From Caldivirga maquilingensis IC-167 (GTDB lineage Archaea; Thermoproteota; Thermoprotei; Thermoproteales; Thermocladiaceae): DNA of 32,000 bases. A program made the translations under genes and the position numbers. Below the pieces are notes generated by a model. It made no database searches. It saw only the letters and a list, made by a program, of their open reading frames with translations, and was not told the origin of the DNA. The DNA is taken from NCBI RefSeq assembly GCF_000018305.1, contig NC_009954.1:1260001-1292000 (forward strand), written 5' to 3'. This document shows, one piece after another, positions 1 to 8,691 of the stretch. The first letter of the stretch is position 1; each line of letters starts with the position of its first letter.

Positions 1-1
1 T

Positions 2-2392
2 GCTGAGGTTGATCAGGGTTATGAGGATAGGGAGGATCCATCAATATTCGTGAAATTCCCAGTGGATGGTAGTGAGGGTGTGTATTTGGTTATTTGGACA
101 ACAACCCCCTGGACACTGATTGATAATGAGGCCGTTGCCGTTAATCCTGATGCAGATTACGTACTTGTGAGGGTTAAGGGGAGTAATGGTACTGAGTATT
201 GGTGGCTTGCCGAGAGGCTTATGCAGAGTGTTCTTAATGCAGCTAATGTTAAGGAGTTTGAGATAGTTAAGAGGGTTAAGGGGAGTGAACTTGAGGGGAT
301 TAGGTACATTCACGTCTTCCTAAATGAAGTGCCCATTCATAAGACCCACTCAAATGCGCACTACGTTATTGCTGAACCCTTCGTAACCCTTGAGGAGGGA
401 AGCGGCCTAGTCCACATAGCCCCAGCCCACGGTCCAGAGGACTTTGAGGCGGGTAGGCGTAGGAACCTACCTATTACTAATAGTGTTGAGATAAATGGGG
501 TATTCAATAGTAATGGCGGGGTCTTCAACGGTATGTATTGGCTTGATGTTAATAGGAGGGTTATTGAGGAGCTTAGGCATAGGGGCCTACTGGCTCATCA
601 AGGTACAGTGATGCACAGGTATCCGCACTGCTGGAGGTGTGGGACGCCTTTAATATATAGGACTGATAGGCAGTGGTTCATAAGGATATCAAGCCTCAGG
701 GGCAGTTTAGTTAATGAATTATCTAAGGTTAGGATTATTCCACAAAGCTTAAGGAACAGGTTCGATGACTGGGTAGCCAATATTAGGGATTGGGTAATAT
801 CAAGGAGTAGGATTTGGGGTACGCCACTACCAATATGGAGGTGTAGGGATGATCCAAGTAAGGTAATGGTAATCGGATCAATAGAGGAGTTGAGGAAGCT
901 TGCCGTTGAACTACCCAATGTACCTGATGAGAAGCTTATCCACAGACCCTGGATAGATATGGTTAAGTTAAGGACCCCCGACTGCAGTGAGTGGGTTAGG
1001 GAACCCTTCGTTGGTGACGTTTGGTTAGATAGTGGTGTAGCCTGGATAGCCGGTGTTGATGGATTGAGGAATAGGGAGCTTTGGAGTAAACTATACCCCT
1101 ACGACTGGGTCACTGAGGCTGTGGATCAAACCAGGGGCTGGTTCTACAGTCTACTAGCCACCTCAGTGGCCTGGATGGGTAAGGCACCCTACAAAACCAT
1201 ATTGATAACTGGGCACGTGGTGGATAAGTATGGGCAGAAGATGAGTAAGTCGAAGGGTAACGTGATTTGGGCAAGGGACCTCATGAGTAGGTATGGGGCT
1301 GACGTCACTAGGCTTTACCTAGCCTCTAAGGCAGCCCCATGGGAGACCCTGCCGGTTAACCCAGATGAGTTTTCAGGTATTAGGAATATTCTAACTGTTC
1401 TATGGAATAGCGTTAGGTTCGCTGACATGTACATGAGGCTTGATAACTATGACCCAAGGGGGCATAGTATTAATGAGGTTTTACCTAAGGCTAAGAGCGA
1501 GGATAAGTGGATGCTCTCAAGGTACTTCAGTAGGTTAAGTAGGATAACCCAGTACCTTGATGAATTCAGGATTCATGAGGCTGCAAGGGAGTGGATAAGC
1601 CTGATTGTTGATGATGTGAGCCACGGTTACATTAGGCTAATTAGGCGTAGGGTATGGGTTGAGGGGAGTGATGACGATAAGCTAGTAGTCTACACCGTGC
1701 TTTACAACGTGCTTAAGGGTGCAATAGTGATTGGGTCGGTTTTCACACCATTCATAACCGAGTACTTGTACAAGGCCTTCGTTAGGGATGCAGCCGATAG
1801 CGTTCACTTAGCCCCAATGCCGGAGATTAGGCGTGACTTAATTAATGAGAGGCTTGAGAAGGCCTACGACGCAATCTTCGAAGCCTTCTCACTAACAGCC
1901 GCTATTAGGAATAATTTAGGCATTAAGCTTAGGTGGCCGTTGAGTGACATGCAGGTTAAGGTTAAGAATAGTGAAATCACTGAAACAGTGCGTGAATTAC
2001 TGGATCAATTATCATTCCTATCCAATGTTAAGCAGGTTAGGCTTACTAATGAGCTTCAATGCGGTAATGACTACGTTAAGGCGGAGGGGGTGTTGGTTGA
2101 TGTGTGTTTAAACAAGGTTATTAACGAGGACCTGTATCATGAGGCAATGGCTAGGGAATTAATTAGGAGGATTCAGGTAATGAGGAGTAAGGCTAACTTA
2201 GACCTGGAGGAGAGGATTAGAGTATACATTACTGCTGATGATGAGGTTAAGAAGACCGTGGAGAGAATGAGGAGTATGATTGAGAATGAGGTTAGGGGGA
2301 CTGTACTCTTCAGTGAGCCATCTAAACCAGTCTTAACAATGGATTGGGATATTGAGGATAAGAGGGTTAAAATCAGTATAGAACGTTCCTGA
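2..2392 (+). CDS. ileS: isoleucyl-tRNA synthetase, C-terminal ~797 aa (5' end lies upstream of the window)
   Basis: The frame is open from nt 2 (AEVDQGYEDREDPSIFVKFP...), so the ATG at 50 is internal. IleRS-type motifs: WTTTPWTL, the HCWRCGTPLIYR zinc knuckle, DWVISRSRIWGTPLP and class-I KMSKS (GQKMSKSKGN). Confidence 0.93.
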   Translation, partial: AEVDQGYEDREDPSIFVKFPVDGSEGVYLVIWTTTPWTLIDNEAVAVNPDADYVLVRVKGSNGTEYWWLAERLMQSVLNAANVKEFEIVKRVKGSELEGIRYIHVFLNEVPIHKTHSNAHYVIAEPFVTLEEGSGLVHIAPAHGPEDFEAGRRRNLPITNSVEINGVFNSNGGVFNGMYWLDVNRRVIEELRHRGLLAHQGTVMHRYPHCWRCGTPLIYRTDRQWFIRISSLRGSLVNELSKVRIIPQSLRNRFDDWVANIRDWVISRSRIWGTPLPIWRCRDDPSKVMVIGSIEELRKLAVELPNVPDEKLIHRPWIDMVKLRTPDCSEWVREPFVGDVWLDSGVAWIAGVDGLRNRELWSKLYPYDWVTEAVDQTRGWFYSLLATSVAWMGKAPYKTILITGHVVDKYGQKMSKSKGNVIWARDLMSRYGADVTRLYLASKAAPWETLPVNPDEFSGIRNILTVLWNSVRFADMYMRLDNYDPRGHSINEVLPKAKSEDKWMLSRYFSRLSRITQYLDEFRIHEAAREWISLIVDDVSHGYIRLIRRRVWVEGSDDDKLVVYTVLYNVLKGAIVIGSVFTPFITEYLYKAFVRDAADSVHLAPMPEIRRDLINERLEKAYDAIFEAFSLTAAIRNNLGIKLRWPLSDMQVKVKNSEITETVRELLDQLSFLSNVKQVRLTNELQCGNDYVKAEGVLVDVCLNKVINEDLYHEAMARELIRRIQVMRSKANLDLEERIRVYITADDEVKKTVERMRSMIENEVRGTVLFSEPSKPVLTMDWDIEDKRVKISIERS

Positions 2393-2396
2393 TTAA

Positions 2397-3014
2397 TTAT
2401 TGAGTAATACACTCATACCCCTTCTTAACCAGGTGGCTAGCCCTCTCAAAAGCCTTAACCCAATACTCATCACCACCAGTCCCGGTAAGGAACCTCAATG
2501 CATCCTCCCTAATGCCTCCCCAATGCCTCAACCCCTCACTGCAGTTAACTGGTAATTGACCCTCAAGCTTAGGACCACCCTCAAGCCAACCCTCAGGGTA
2601 ATACCAGTCCTTAAACCAAGTGAACCCGGCGTTAAGCATAATGTAGCCGAGCCTAGATAGGAATGGTGGATAACCCCTCTGCAACTGAATCCTAGTCTCC
2701 TCATCAGTCAGGTACTCAATATACATGACGCCACCTGGAGCTAAGTATTTGACTATGAGTTTAATTAATGGGTCATCTAATGAGGCCCAAAAGATGGGGT
2801 TAATGTTAAAGGCCTCAACCCAAGGTCCGTAATAAGGCCCCCTACCTAGAAACACCTTAAGGGTAAGTACCCTGCGCCCACAGGTGACTAAATCAATGTT
2901 AAACTCCTCCCTAAACCTACCCTTATTAACAAGCCCCACTACATCAAGGCCATTAACCCTAATACCATGAGCCAGTAAATCCACTAAACCCATTAGATTA
3001 CCCACGTGCATCAT
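2397..3014 (-). CDS. conserved hypothetical protein (205 aa), no domain I can name with confidence
   Basis: Clean ORF with codon usage like its neighbours. It is convergent with ileS, 4 nt from the ileS stop. It is Trp/Tyr/Gly-rich (FTWFKDWYYPEGWLEGGPKLEG). Confidence 0.6.
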   Translation of the reverse strand: MMHVGNLMGLVDLLAHGIRVNGLDVVGLVNKGRFREEFNIDLVTCGRRVLTLKVFLGRGPYYGPWVEAFNINPIFWASLDDPLIKLIVKYLAPGGVMYIEYLTDEETRIQLQRGYPPFLSRLGYIMLNAGFTWFKDWYYPEGWLEGGPKLEGQLPVNCSEGLRHWGGIREDALRFLTGTGGDEYWVKAFERASHLVKKGYECITQ

Positions 3015-3126
3015 ACTTAATTACAAGGTAATAGGCTTAACGCGGGCGTTACCGGAATCCCAGTGGGCTTAAGGTATTTAAATGAAAATAAAACTTATTA
3101 ATACAGTAACTAAAACGGGCATTAAG

Positions 3127-3204
3127 GCCCCGGTCGTTCAGCCTGGTCTAGGATGCGGGCCTGTCGAGCCCGAGACCCGGGTTCGAATCCCGGCCGGGGC
3201 GCCA
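3127..3204 (+). tRNA. tRNA-Asp (anticodon GUC), intronless, CCA encoded
   Basis: Hand-folded cloverleaf. Acceptor GCCCCGG/CCGGGGC, D arm GTTC/GGAT, anticodon arm CGGGC-CTGTCGA-GCCCG (anticodon GTC), T arm CCGGG-TTCGAAT-CCCGG, discriminator G, then CCA. Confidence 0.95.
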
Positions 3205-3442
3205 AGGATACAACCTCTAAATAATTTAACATACTACGTAGGATTTCAACTTATCCCCCACTTCATCAATGCGTTTGATTATAGGTTCCACAGCAATACG
3301 CAATTCCTATTAAGTAAGCCAATACTGTACGGTTCTGAATATGTATGATTTACTTAGTGTTGTAAAGGTTTAAGTAATCATGAGTGGTGAAGGCTTACTC
3401 CCTATTTTGTAGCATGATCCTGTGGGCAATGACTGATGTATT

Positions 3443-3450
3443 CTTTAAAT
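3443..3450 (+). promoter_or_regulatory. TATA-like box (CTTTAAAT) positioned for the C/D sRNA
   Basis: The box centre lies ~26 nt upstream of ~3472, which is 4-5 nt 5' of box C. Confidence 0.4.
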
Positions 3451-3471
3451 ATGTTTAAAGCGGGATGCGTT

Positions 3472-3530
3472 ACTATATGATGATTAAGAACCTCGCTGAG
3501 TGATGAAGAGGGAGGCTGCGGCTGACTGCG
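3472..3530 (+). ncRNA. box C/D guide sRNA (2'-O-methylation guide)
   Basis: Box C ATGATGA at 3477-3483, then a 12-nt guide, then box D' CTGA at 3496-3499. Box C' is ATGAAGA at 3503-3509 (or a perfect GTGATGA at 3500-3506), followed by a 12-nt guide and box D CTGA at 3522-3525. Ends are approximate because the terminal stem is weak. Confidence 0.7.
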
Positions 3531-3567
3531 TAATCTTTATAAACCACTTATTGGTAGCCAATAAGAT

Positions 3568-4917
3568 ATGAATAGGAGCAGTGAATTAAGGAGGGTGCAT
3601 TACTTAATATTCATGAGCTTCGCCCTAGGCTTCCTAATATGGGGTTTTGTATCAACCAGTGGAATAATGACTATAGACTACTTCAAGGATTACATACCTA
3701 AGTGGCTCCTACCAGTCTCAGTGGTACTTGGCTACATATTCGTAATGCTAGGCGACACTGTGATGGGTTTCCTAACGGATAGGGTGGGTAGGAAGAGAAT
3801 ATTCATATACACCATGAGCCTTTACACCATTGGATTACTGGGGATGGCTGCATCACTTTATGTTAAGCAGGTGATCAATCCTCTGATAGCCTTCATCATC
3901 TTAATGGTATCCTACGCCCTGGCTGAATTCGGCGTTGGTGGTGAAGAGCCACCAGCATTAGCCGCTATCTCGGAGCTTATGCCAAGTGGCAGTAGGGGTA
4001 TGATGCTTGTGCTCACGCCCAATTTCGATAATATTGGTGCAGCCCTAGCTGCAGCAGTGCTTTATGCCGCATTAGTTTACACCGGTTCCGCTAGTGTATC
4101 ATCAATATACGCCATGATTGGTTCAGCCCTAGTGGTGGTTTTCCTGACTATACTGGTTAGGTTACGTATACCTGAATCAGTGAGGTGGCTTGAATCTAGG
4201 GGTAGGGTTAATGAGGCTGTTGAGATTGCCAAGAGGGAGGGTCTTGAATACGCGTTGAGTTCAGGTAACTCGGTGGTGCAGTTTAAGGCTCCACCAGCTT
4301 GGTATAGGGCATTATTCCTCTCAATAATAGGCTTCACTCAAATAACCACCTATGGCTTAATGGCGTACACAATAATTTACCTACCATCATTACCCTTCAG
4401 TAACAATTACAATCTACAGGCACTGGTGATACTGTTGGCTAACCTAGGCGCCTCAATAGCTGGCTTAGTGGGTTTAATAATGGATAAGGTGGGTAGGAGA
4501 CCATTCACACTCTTCGCTTACCTAGGGGGCTTAGTAACCATGGTACCCATATTCCTAATATACGCAGCCTCCAATACACCATTAAAGGCATCACTACCAG
4601 TATTCTACACTCTACTCTTCCTCAACATGGTCTTCAGTGAATTCGAATGGGCTGTTAGAACTGTGCTTGAGCCTGAATTATTCCCAACTAGGGTTAGGGG
4701 AACCTGGATTGGTGTGATTAGGTTAATAGCATGGGGAATATACGTAGTGTTAACCTACTACCTATTAAACATATTAAGCACATACCAGTACCTGCTCACT
4801 AACCTAATACTATACGCAATCGGGGCTGCCGCCGCAGTGACATGGTTCATTTACGGTATTGAAACCAAGGGAATACCAATAAGCACCTTAGATAACATAA
4901 TGAGTAAACAAAGTTGA
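3568..4917 (+). CDS. major facilitator superfamily transporter
   Basis: 449 aa, about 12 hydrophobic segments, and the MFS loop 2-3 motif GFLTDRVGRKRIF. A TATA-like CTTTATAAA at 3534-3542 lies ~30 nt upstream of the ATG. Confidence 0.85.
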   Translation: MNRSSELRRVHYLIFMSFALGFLIWGFVSTSGIMTIDYFKDYIPKWLLPVSVVLGYIFVMLGDTVMGFLTDRVGRKRIFIYTMSLYTIGLLGMAASLYVKQVINPLIAFIILMVSYALAEFGVGGEEPPALAAISELMPSGSRGMMLVLTPNFDNIGAALAAAVLYAALVYTGSASVSSIYAMIGSALVVVFLTILVRLRIPESVRWLESRGRVNEAVEIAKREGLEYALSSGNSVVQFKAPPAWYRALFLSIIGFTQITTYGLMAYTIIYLPSLPFSNNYNLQALVILLANLGASIAGLVGLIMDKVGRRPFTLFAYLGGLVTMVPIFLIYAASNTPLKASLPVFYTLLFLNMVFSEFEWAVRTVLEPELFPTRVRGTWIGVIRLIAWGIYVVLTYYLLNILSTYQYLLTNLILYAIGAAAAVTWFIYGIETKGIPISTLDNIMSKQS

Positions 4918-4980
4918 GTAGAAAATAGCCATCTTACTACACGTTTACCACTTTAAAGCACGTGGAGTTAAGCTTAAACC

Positions 4981-5766
4981 GTGAGCACTAGGTCAATTGG
5001 TAGAGGAACCTGCCCCAAGTGTGGTAGGGAAGGTACCGTGGTGGTTAAGAGACTTGGGGATAGGGAGTACGTCTACGTTAAGCATGGTAGGACTTGGCAC
5101 TACATTGGTCCATTAGACAGTGTTGACTTGAATAGTATTATCCATGAGTATACCACATCATTACCACTAAAAGACAGTGCAGGTGGGGGTTTAAGCATGA
5201 GTAGTGGTGGAGCGGGTTCAGGTAAATCAATTGGTAAAATCATTGCATTAATAGTGGGAGTACTCATGATAATAATAGGGGTAATCATTATACTGGAGGT
5301 AGGATTCCTAGCACTCTCATTTCTCGCTACATCACCAGCAAGTGTTCTCACTGTGTCTTTACCCGTAAATAATACGATGAAGGCTCTAATCATAGGTGCA
5401 GCAACCCATAGTAAAGTAACTGTAACAGCTGTTAACGCTTTCTTCAAGGTTGCTAACGCAGCAGTGGGAACATATACGCCTGGTTCACTTACTTGGGTTA
5501 ATGTAACAAGAGTTAATGAATCATTATTCATAGGTAATTACACAAGCTTCACTGTAATCACTAGTAATCAATCAATTCTAATATGGCCGTATAAAATAGT
5601 GAGTGGTAACGCATTAATCATTGTTAATATTGCTACTAAGGGAAGCGCCCCAAGCGGCACAGTTACTGTTAATTACCTTTCATTAATATTCATAGTCATT
5701 CCCCTTGCCTTAGCTGGAGCCTTAATATGGGGTGGTGTTATCCTATACAGGTGGTCTAGAAAGTGA
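4981..5766 (+). CDS. membrane protein with N-terminal CxxC/His zinc-ribbon-like segment
   Basis: GTG start ~26 nt downstream of CTTTAAAG (4951-4958). N-terminus CPKCG...KHGRTWHYIGP, then a Gly/Ser linker, hydrophobic span(s), a beta-rich segment with N-x-S/T sequons, and a C-terminal hydrophobic anchor. Confidence 0.55.
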   Translation: MSTRSIGRGTCPKCGREGTVVVKRLGDREYVYVKHGRTWHYIGPLDSVDLNSIIHEYTTSLPLKDSAGGGLSMSSGGAGSGKSIGKIIALIVGVLMIIIGVIIILEVGFLALSFLATSPASVLTVSLPVNNTMKALIIGAATHSKVTVTAVNAFFKVANAAVGTYTPGSLTWVNVTRVNESLFIGNYTSFTVITSNQSILIWPYKIVSGNALIIVNIATKGSAPSGTVTVNYLSLIFIVIPLALAGALIWGGVILYRWSRK

Positions 5767-5783
5767 ATTAGGTGAGGAATGCG

Positions 5784-6494
5784 TTAAATCTTAATGCTGA
5801 AGTCCAGTGACCTATTGTTGTTAACTAAACCATGGGTTAGGACCTTGCCATTGAGCAGTGTTTCGCATAAGGCTTCAATTTCAGATAATGCGCTGAAGAG
5901 TACATTATCGTTAACGTTTCTTATGCCGGCAACTATTATTAATACATCGCTTGTGAATTCATCAACCTTAGTTAACTCTGAATCCCTATAGGGGTAGACG
6001 TGGAGTATCCTACCGTCATTAGTCGCCAACACTATTTGATTCCTAGTTAACTCCATTTTAGGGGACCCAAGGGGTGTGAATAATTCACCGTCAGCAGCTC
6101 TCCTTAAAACAATGTAGTCAACCTGCCCAATCTTCCTTAAGTCATATAAACCAACCGGGACCTTATATTTAACGCTGGCTACATTACCTATATCAACCAG
6201 TGGGTTAATCCTCGGTAAGCCATCACCCTTAAGTATCCTCCTAATCAACGCCTCCTGGGCAGGCCTCTGCTTAGTGGGGTCTATGCCAAGCCTCCAGTAG
6301 AAGTTCCTGTAGAGTCTTATTAATTCATCATTCTTAAGTGACTCAATGCTCATTGTCTTCCTCACATCATCCTCAACATCACTAATGATCTTACTTAACT
6401 CAGGGGAATTAACCCTATTATTAATACCCACCACTACACCAACGGCCATTGAAAGCTCTAGGTCACTGAGTGAACTATGTATGAATATGCGCAT
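5784..6494 (-). CDS. B3/B4 tRNA-binding-domain protein (PheRS beta-subunit-related)
   Basis: LYRNFYWRLGIDPTKQRPAQEALIRRILKG...INPLVDIGNVASVKYKVPVGLYD resembles stand-alone B3/4 domain proteins. The ORF track starts at 6512, but the second ATG (6494) sits ~25 nt downstream of the minus-strand CTTTTAAG box (6515-6522). Confidence 0.7.
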   Translation of the reverse strand: MRIFIHSSLSDLELSMAVGVVVGINNRVNSPELSKIISDVEDDVRKTMSIESLKNDELIRLYRNFYWRLGIDPTKQRPAQEALIRRILKGDGLPRINPLVDIGNVASVKYKVPVGLYDLRKIGQVDYIVLRRAADGELFTPLGSPKMELTRNQIVLATNDGRILHVYPYRDSELTKVDEFTSDVLIIVAGIRNVNDNVLFSALSEIEALCETLLNGKVLTHGLVNNNRSLDFSIKI

Positions 6495-6860
6495 ACTAGT
6501 ATTACTTCCCATGGCTTAAAAGTCTTCCTCAAAAACTAATGACTCCAGTAATGGTCACTTATATCTATAAGGTCTACCCATTATGTAACTTAGCTGGCTC
6601 AGTTTAGCATACTTCCTACCCTTTAATCAATCCTTAAATCTTAAATGACTTCACCCTAATTTATGCCAGTGACTAGGCTCAATTAATTTATTAATGAATA
6701 GTATTTTATTCCTCCGTTAATAATGCATTTGTGTTATTGCAATCACTTTAATTAGCATATGCCTCCCATTATCACTTAATTAATACTGCGAATTCACCAA
6801 TATCCCTCCCTAACTAGATTCAGACCATAGAAGTGTTAATGAATTATTAATTAATATTGC

Positions 6861-7994
6861 TTACTCAAATTCTATTGTTGCTGGTGGTTTTGGGGTTACA
6901 TCAATTCCTACGGCGCTAATTAATTCACTTCTCATTAATTCATTAGCTATATTCCTTAATAATTGCTCATTAAGTGTAGGTACATTAGCCGTCATGTAGT
7001 CATCAGTTACCACAGCCCTTACTGCAACGAAGTATCCACCGCTAGGCCTCCTCCTGGCTAATTCATAAATCACGTGGGTTACGTTGGTGCCGTAGGTTAA
7101 TTTACTGTATAGGGTAAAGGCATTACTCCAGTTACTTAACTTACCCCTAACCAACACCACTCTACCGTATTCCCTTGAATCACCTTTAACTCCAGTACCC
7201 TTAACGCTGAACACGTCAACCGTTAAGTTCTCACCCATTCCCCTAATCACACTGCTTAACTCTTCATCAGTAACCCTATCATCCTCCCAGACGGCTGCAA
7301 ACCATTGACTTAAACCTAAGCCACTAAGCCCCTCCTCAACAACCCTGGTTGACCACCTGGTGACCTCAAGCTTCTCCATGGTTAACTTACCCACAGCCCT
7401 TATGCTTAAGCCAGGGCCAGGGAAGGGCTGCCTCTCAGTTATTGCACTGGGTATCTTCAAGTATCTTGCAAGTGCCCTCACTTGATCCTTATAAAGATCC
7501 TTCAGAGGCTCCAGTAGCTTGAATCCGTAAACCTTATCGGTCTCAATACCCAATTGGGCAAGTACATTATGTTGAGTCTTAATGCCCCCTGTGGTTTCAA
7601 TCCAATCAGGGGCTATTGTTCCCTGTACAACCCAGTCACAGTCATTATCCTTAACCACCCTTGATAATGCATTGTAGAAAACGTTCCTGAAGGTAAGCCT
7701 CTTCTCCTCGGCATCACTTAAATTAATCATTGCCCTATAGAACTCATCCTTAACATCAATAAGCCTAATAGGTAGTAATTCAGTTAAACTGTTAATTATT
7801 TCACTGGTTTCATTAAGCCTCATGAATCCTGTATCAAACAACACTGGTATTAACCTATCACCAAGGGCTAATCTAGCAACCACGGCACTGGTGGTGCTAT
7901 CCACACCGCCGCTCACCGCGGCGACGGCGCACTTAACCTCAAGTTTCCGTACCTCTCCTGTAATGGTTCTTATGAATTCCTCGGGGGTGAACAT
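6861..7994 (-). CDS. guaAB: GMP synthase subunit B (ATP pyrophosphatase subunit)
   Basis: PP-loop SGGVDSTT and the C-terminal PPATIEFE signature of GMP synthase. It lies directly downstream of the amidotransferase subunit. Confidence 0.9.
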   Translation of the reverse strand: MFTPEEFIRTITGEVRKLEVKCAVAAVSGGVDSTTSAVVARLALGDRLIPVLFDTGFMRLNETSEIINSLTELLPIRLIDVKDEFYRAMINLSDAEEKRLTFRNVFYNALSRVVKDNDCDWVVQGTIAPDWIETTGGIKTQHNVLAQLGIETDKVYGFKLLEPLKDLYKDQVRALARYLKIPSAITERQPFPGPGLSIRAVGKLTMEKLEVTRWSTRVVEEGLSGLGLSQWFAAVWEDDRVTDEELSSVIRGMGENLTVDVFSVKGTGVKGDSREYGRVVLVRGKLSNWSNAFTLYSKLTYGTNVTHVIYELARRRPSGGYFVAVRAVVTDDYMTANVPTLNEQLLRNIANELMRSELISAVGIDVTPKPPATIEFE

Positions 7995-8014
7995 AAGCCT
8001 ACTTTGCTTACCGT

Positions 8015-8023
8015 GATTTAAAC
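8015..8023 (-). promoter_or_regulatory. TATA-like box GTTTAAATC for guaAB
   Basis: On the minus strand, the box centre is ~25 nt upstream of the guaAB ATG (7994). Confidence 0.45.
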
Positions 8024-8092
8024 ATTGCGTTAAAGTACCCGGTATTTTCTTAATTTATTTAAATAAACACAATAATAATTAAGGAGCAACAC

Positions 8093-8659
8093 CTAAGAAC
8101 ATAATTCAGCGAAGTTCCTTAGAATAATGTCACCGAACTCAGTGTGTTTAACCTCCGGGTGGAATTGAACACTGTATCTACCTATCCTTGGATTAGCCAT
8201 GGCTTGAACCCTAACTAAATCACTGTGGGCAAGCACTGTGAAGCCATTTGGCTCCTTATCAACACTTATATTATGGCTTTCCCAGGCAGTGAACTCTGCC
8301 CCTATTCCTCTTAGTATTGTGTCTTCATTATCGATACGTATCCTAACACCCCCGAATTCAGGTGTTTTATTACCTAGGATGCCGCCGAACTCATATGCAA
8401 TTAATTGATGACCTAGACATATGCCTAAAATCGGCCCTGGGAATTCTAAGGCGTATTGAGGCGCATTACCTAACTTAGGTATGTCCGCTGGAATGTTCCA
8501 TGACCCACCACTGATTATTAGGCAGTTGAGTTCCCTTGAAAGTACTTGTACTGGTTCATTGGGGTTAATGAACTTGGCTTGAAAGCCTAAGTCCTCTAAC
8601 CTACGTTTAATCAAATGATTATATTGGCCGCCGAAATTAACAACACCTATTACACCCAT
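8093..8659 (-). CDS. guaAA: GMP synthase subunit A (class I glutamine amidotransferase subunit)
   Basis: 188 aa. Nucleophile elbow GICLGHQL and the QFHPE His/Glu motif of triad GATases. Paired with guaAB. Confidence 0.9.
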   Translation of the reverse strand: MGVIGVVNFGGQYNHLIKRRLEDLGFQAKFINPNEPVQVLSRELNCLIISGGSWNIPADIPKLGNAPQYALEFPGPILGICLGHQLIAYEFGGILGNKTPEFGGVRIRIDNEDTILRGIGAEFTAWESHNISVDKEPNGFTVLAHSDLVRVQAMANPRIGRYSVQFHPEVKHTEFGDIILRNFAELCS

Positions 8660-8683
8660 TTAATGTTAACGCAATAAATTAGG

Positions 8684-8691
8684 ATTTAAAC
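8684..8691 (-). promoter_or_regulatory. TATA-like box GTTTAAAT for guaAA, abutting the stop codon of the upstream ATPase gene
   Basis: On the minus strand, the box centre is ~28 nt upstream of the guaAA ATG (8659). It has the same GTTTAAAT core as the guaAB box. Confidence 0.45.

Noticed and set aside
598-918. Antisense ORFs inside long genes (e.g. 598-918, 2173-2412, 5100-5531, 8837-9106, 23681-24199, 24792-25016, 30243-30785)
   Set aside because: Each lies wholly within a well-supported gene on the opposite strand. Their products are low-complexity and S/L/T/P-rich, as expected for antisense frames, and none has a recognisable motif.
3082-3348. 88-aa plus-strand ORF in the ORF track
   Set aside because: It runs straight through the tRNA-Asp gene (3127-3204). 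The part of the ORF that crosses the tRNA simply translates the GC-rich tRNA arms, so this is a chance ORF.
6541-6677. CTCCAGTAATGG and CCAGTGAC sequences that recall origin recognition box (ORB) cores, in the 348-bp AT-rich gap upstream of the B3/4 gene
   Set aside because: These are only partial matches to the CCAGTGGAAA-type ORB core. There are no inverted ORB pairs flanking an AT-rich unwinding element, and no orc1/cdc6 gene is nearby.
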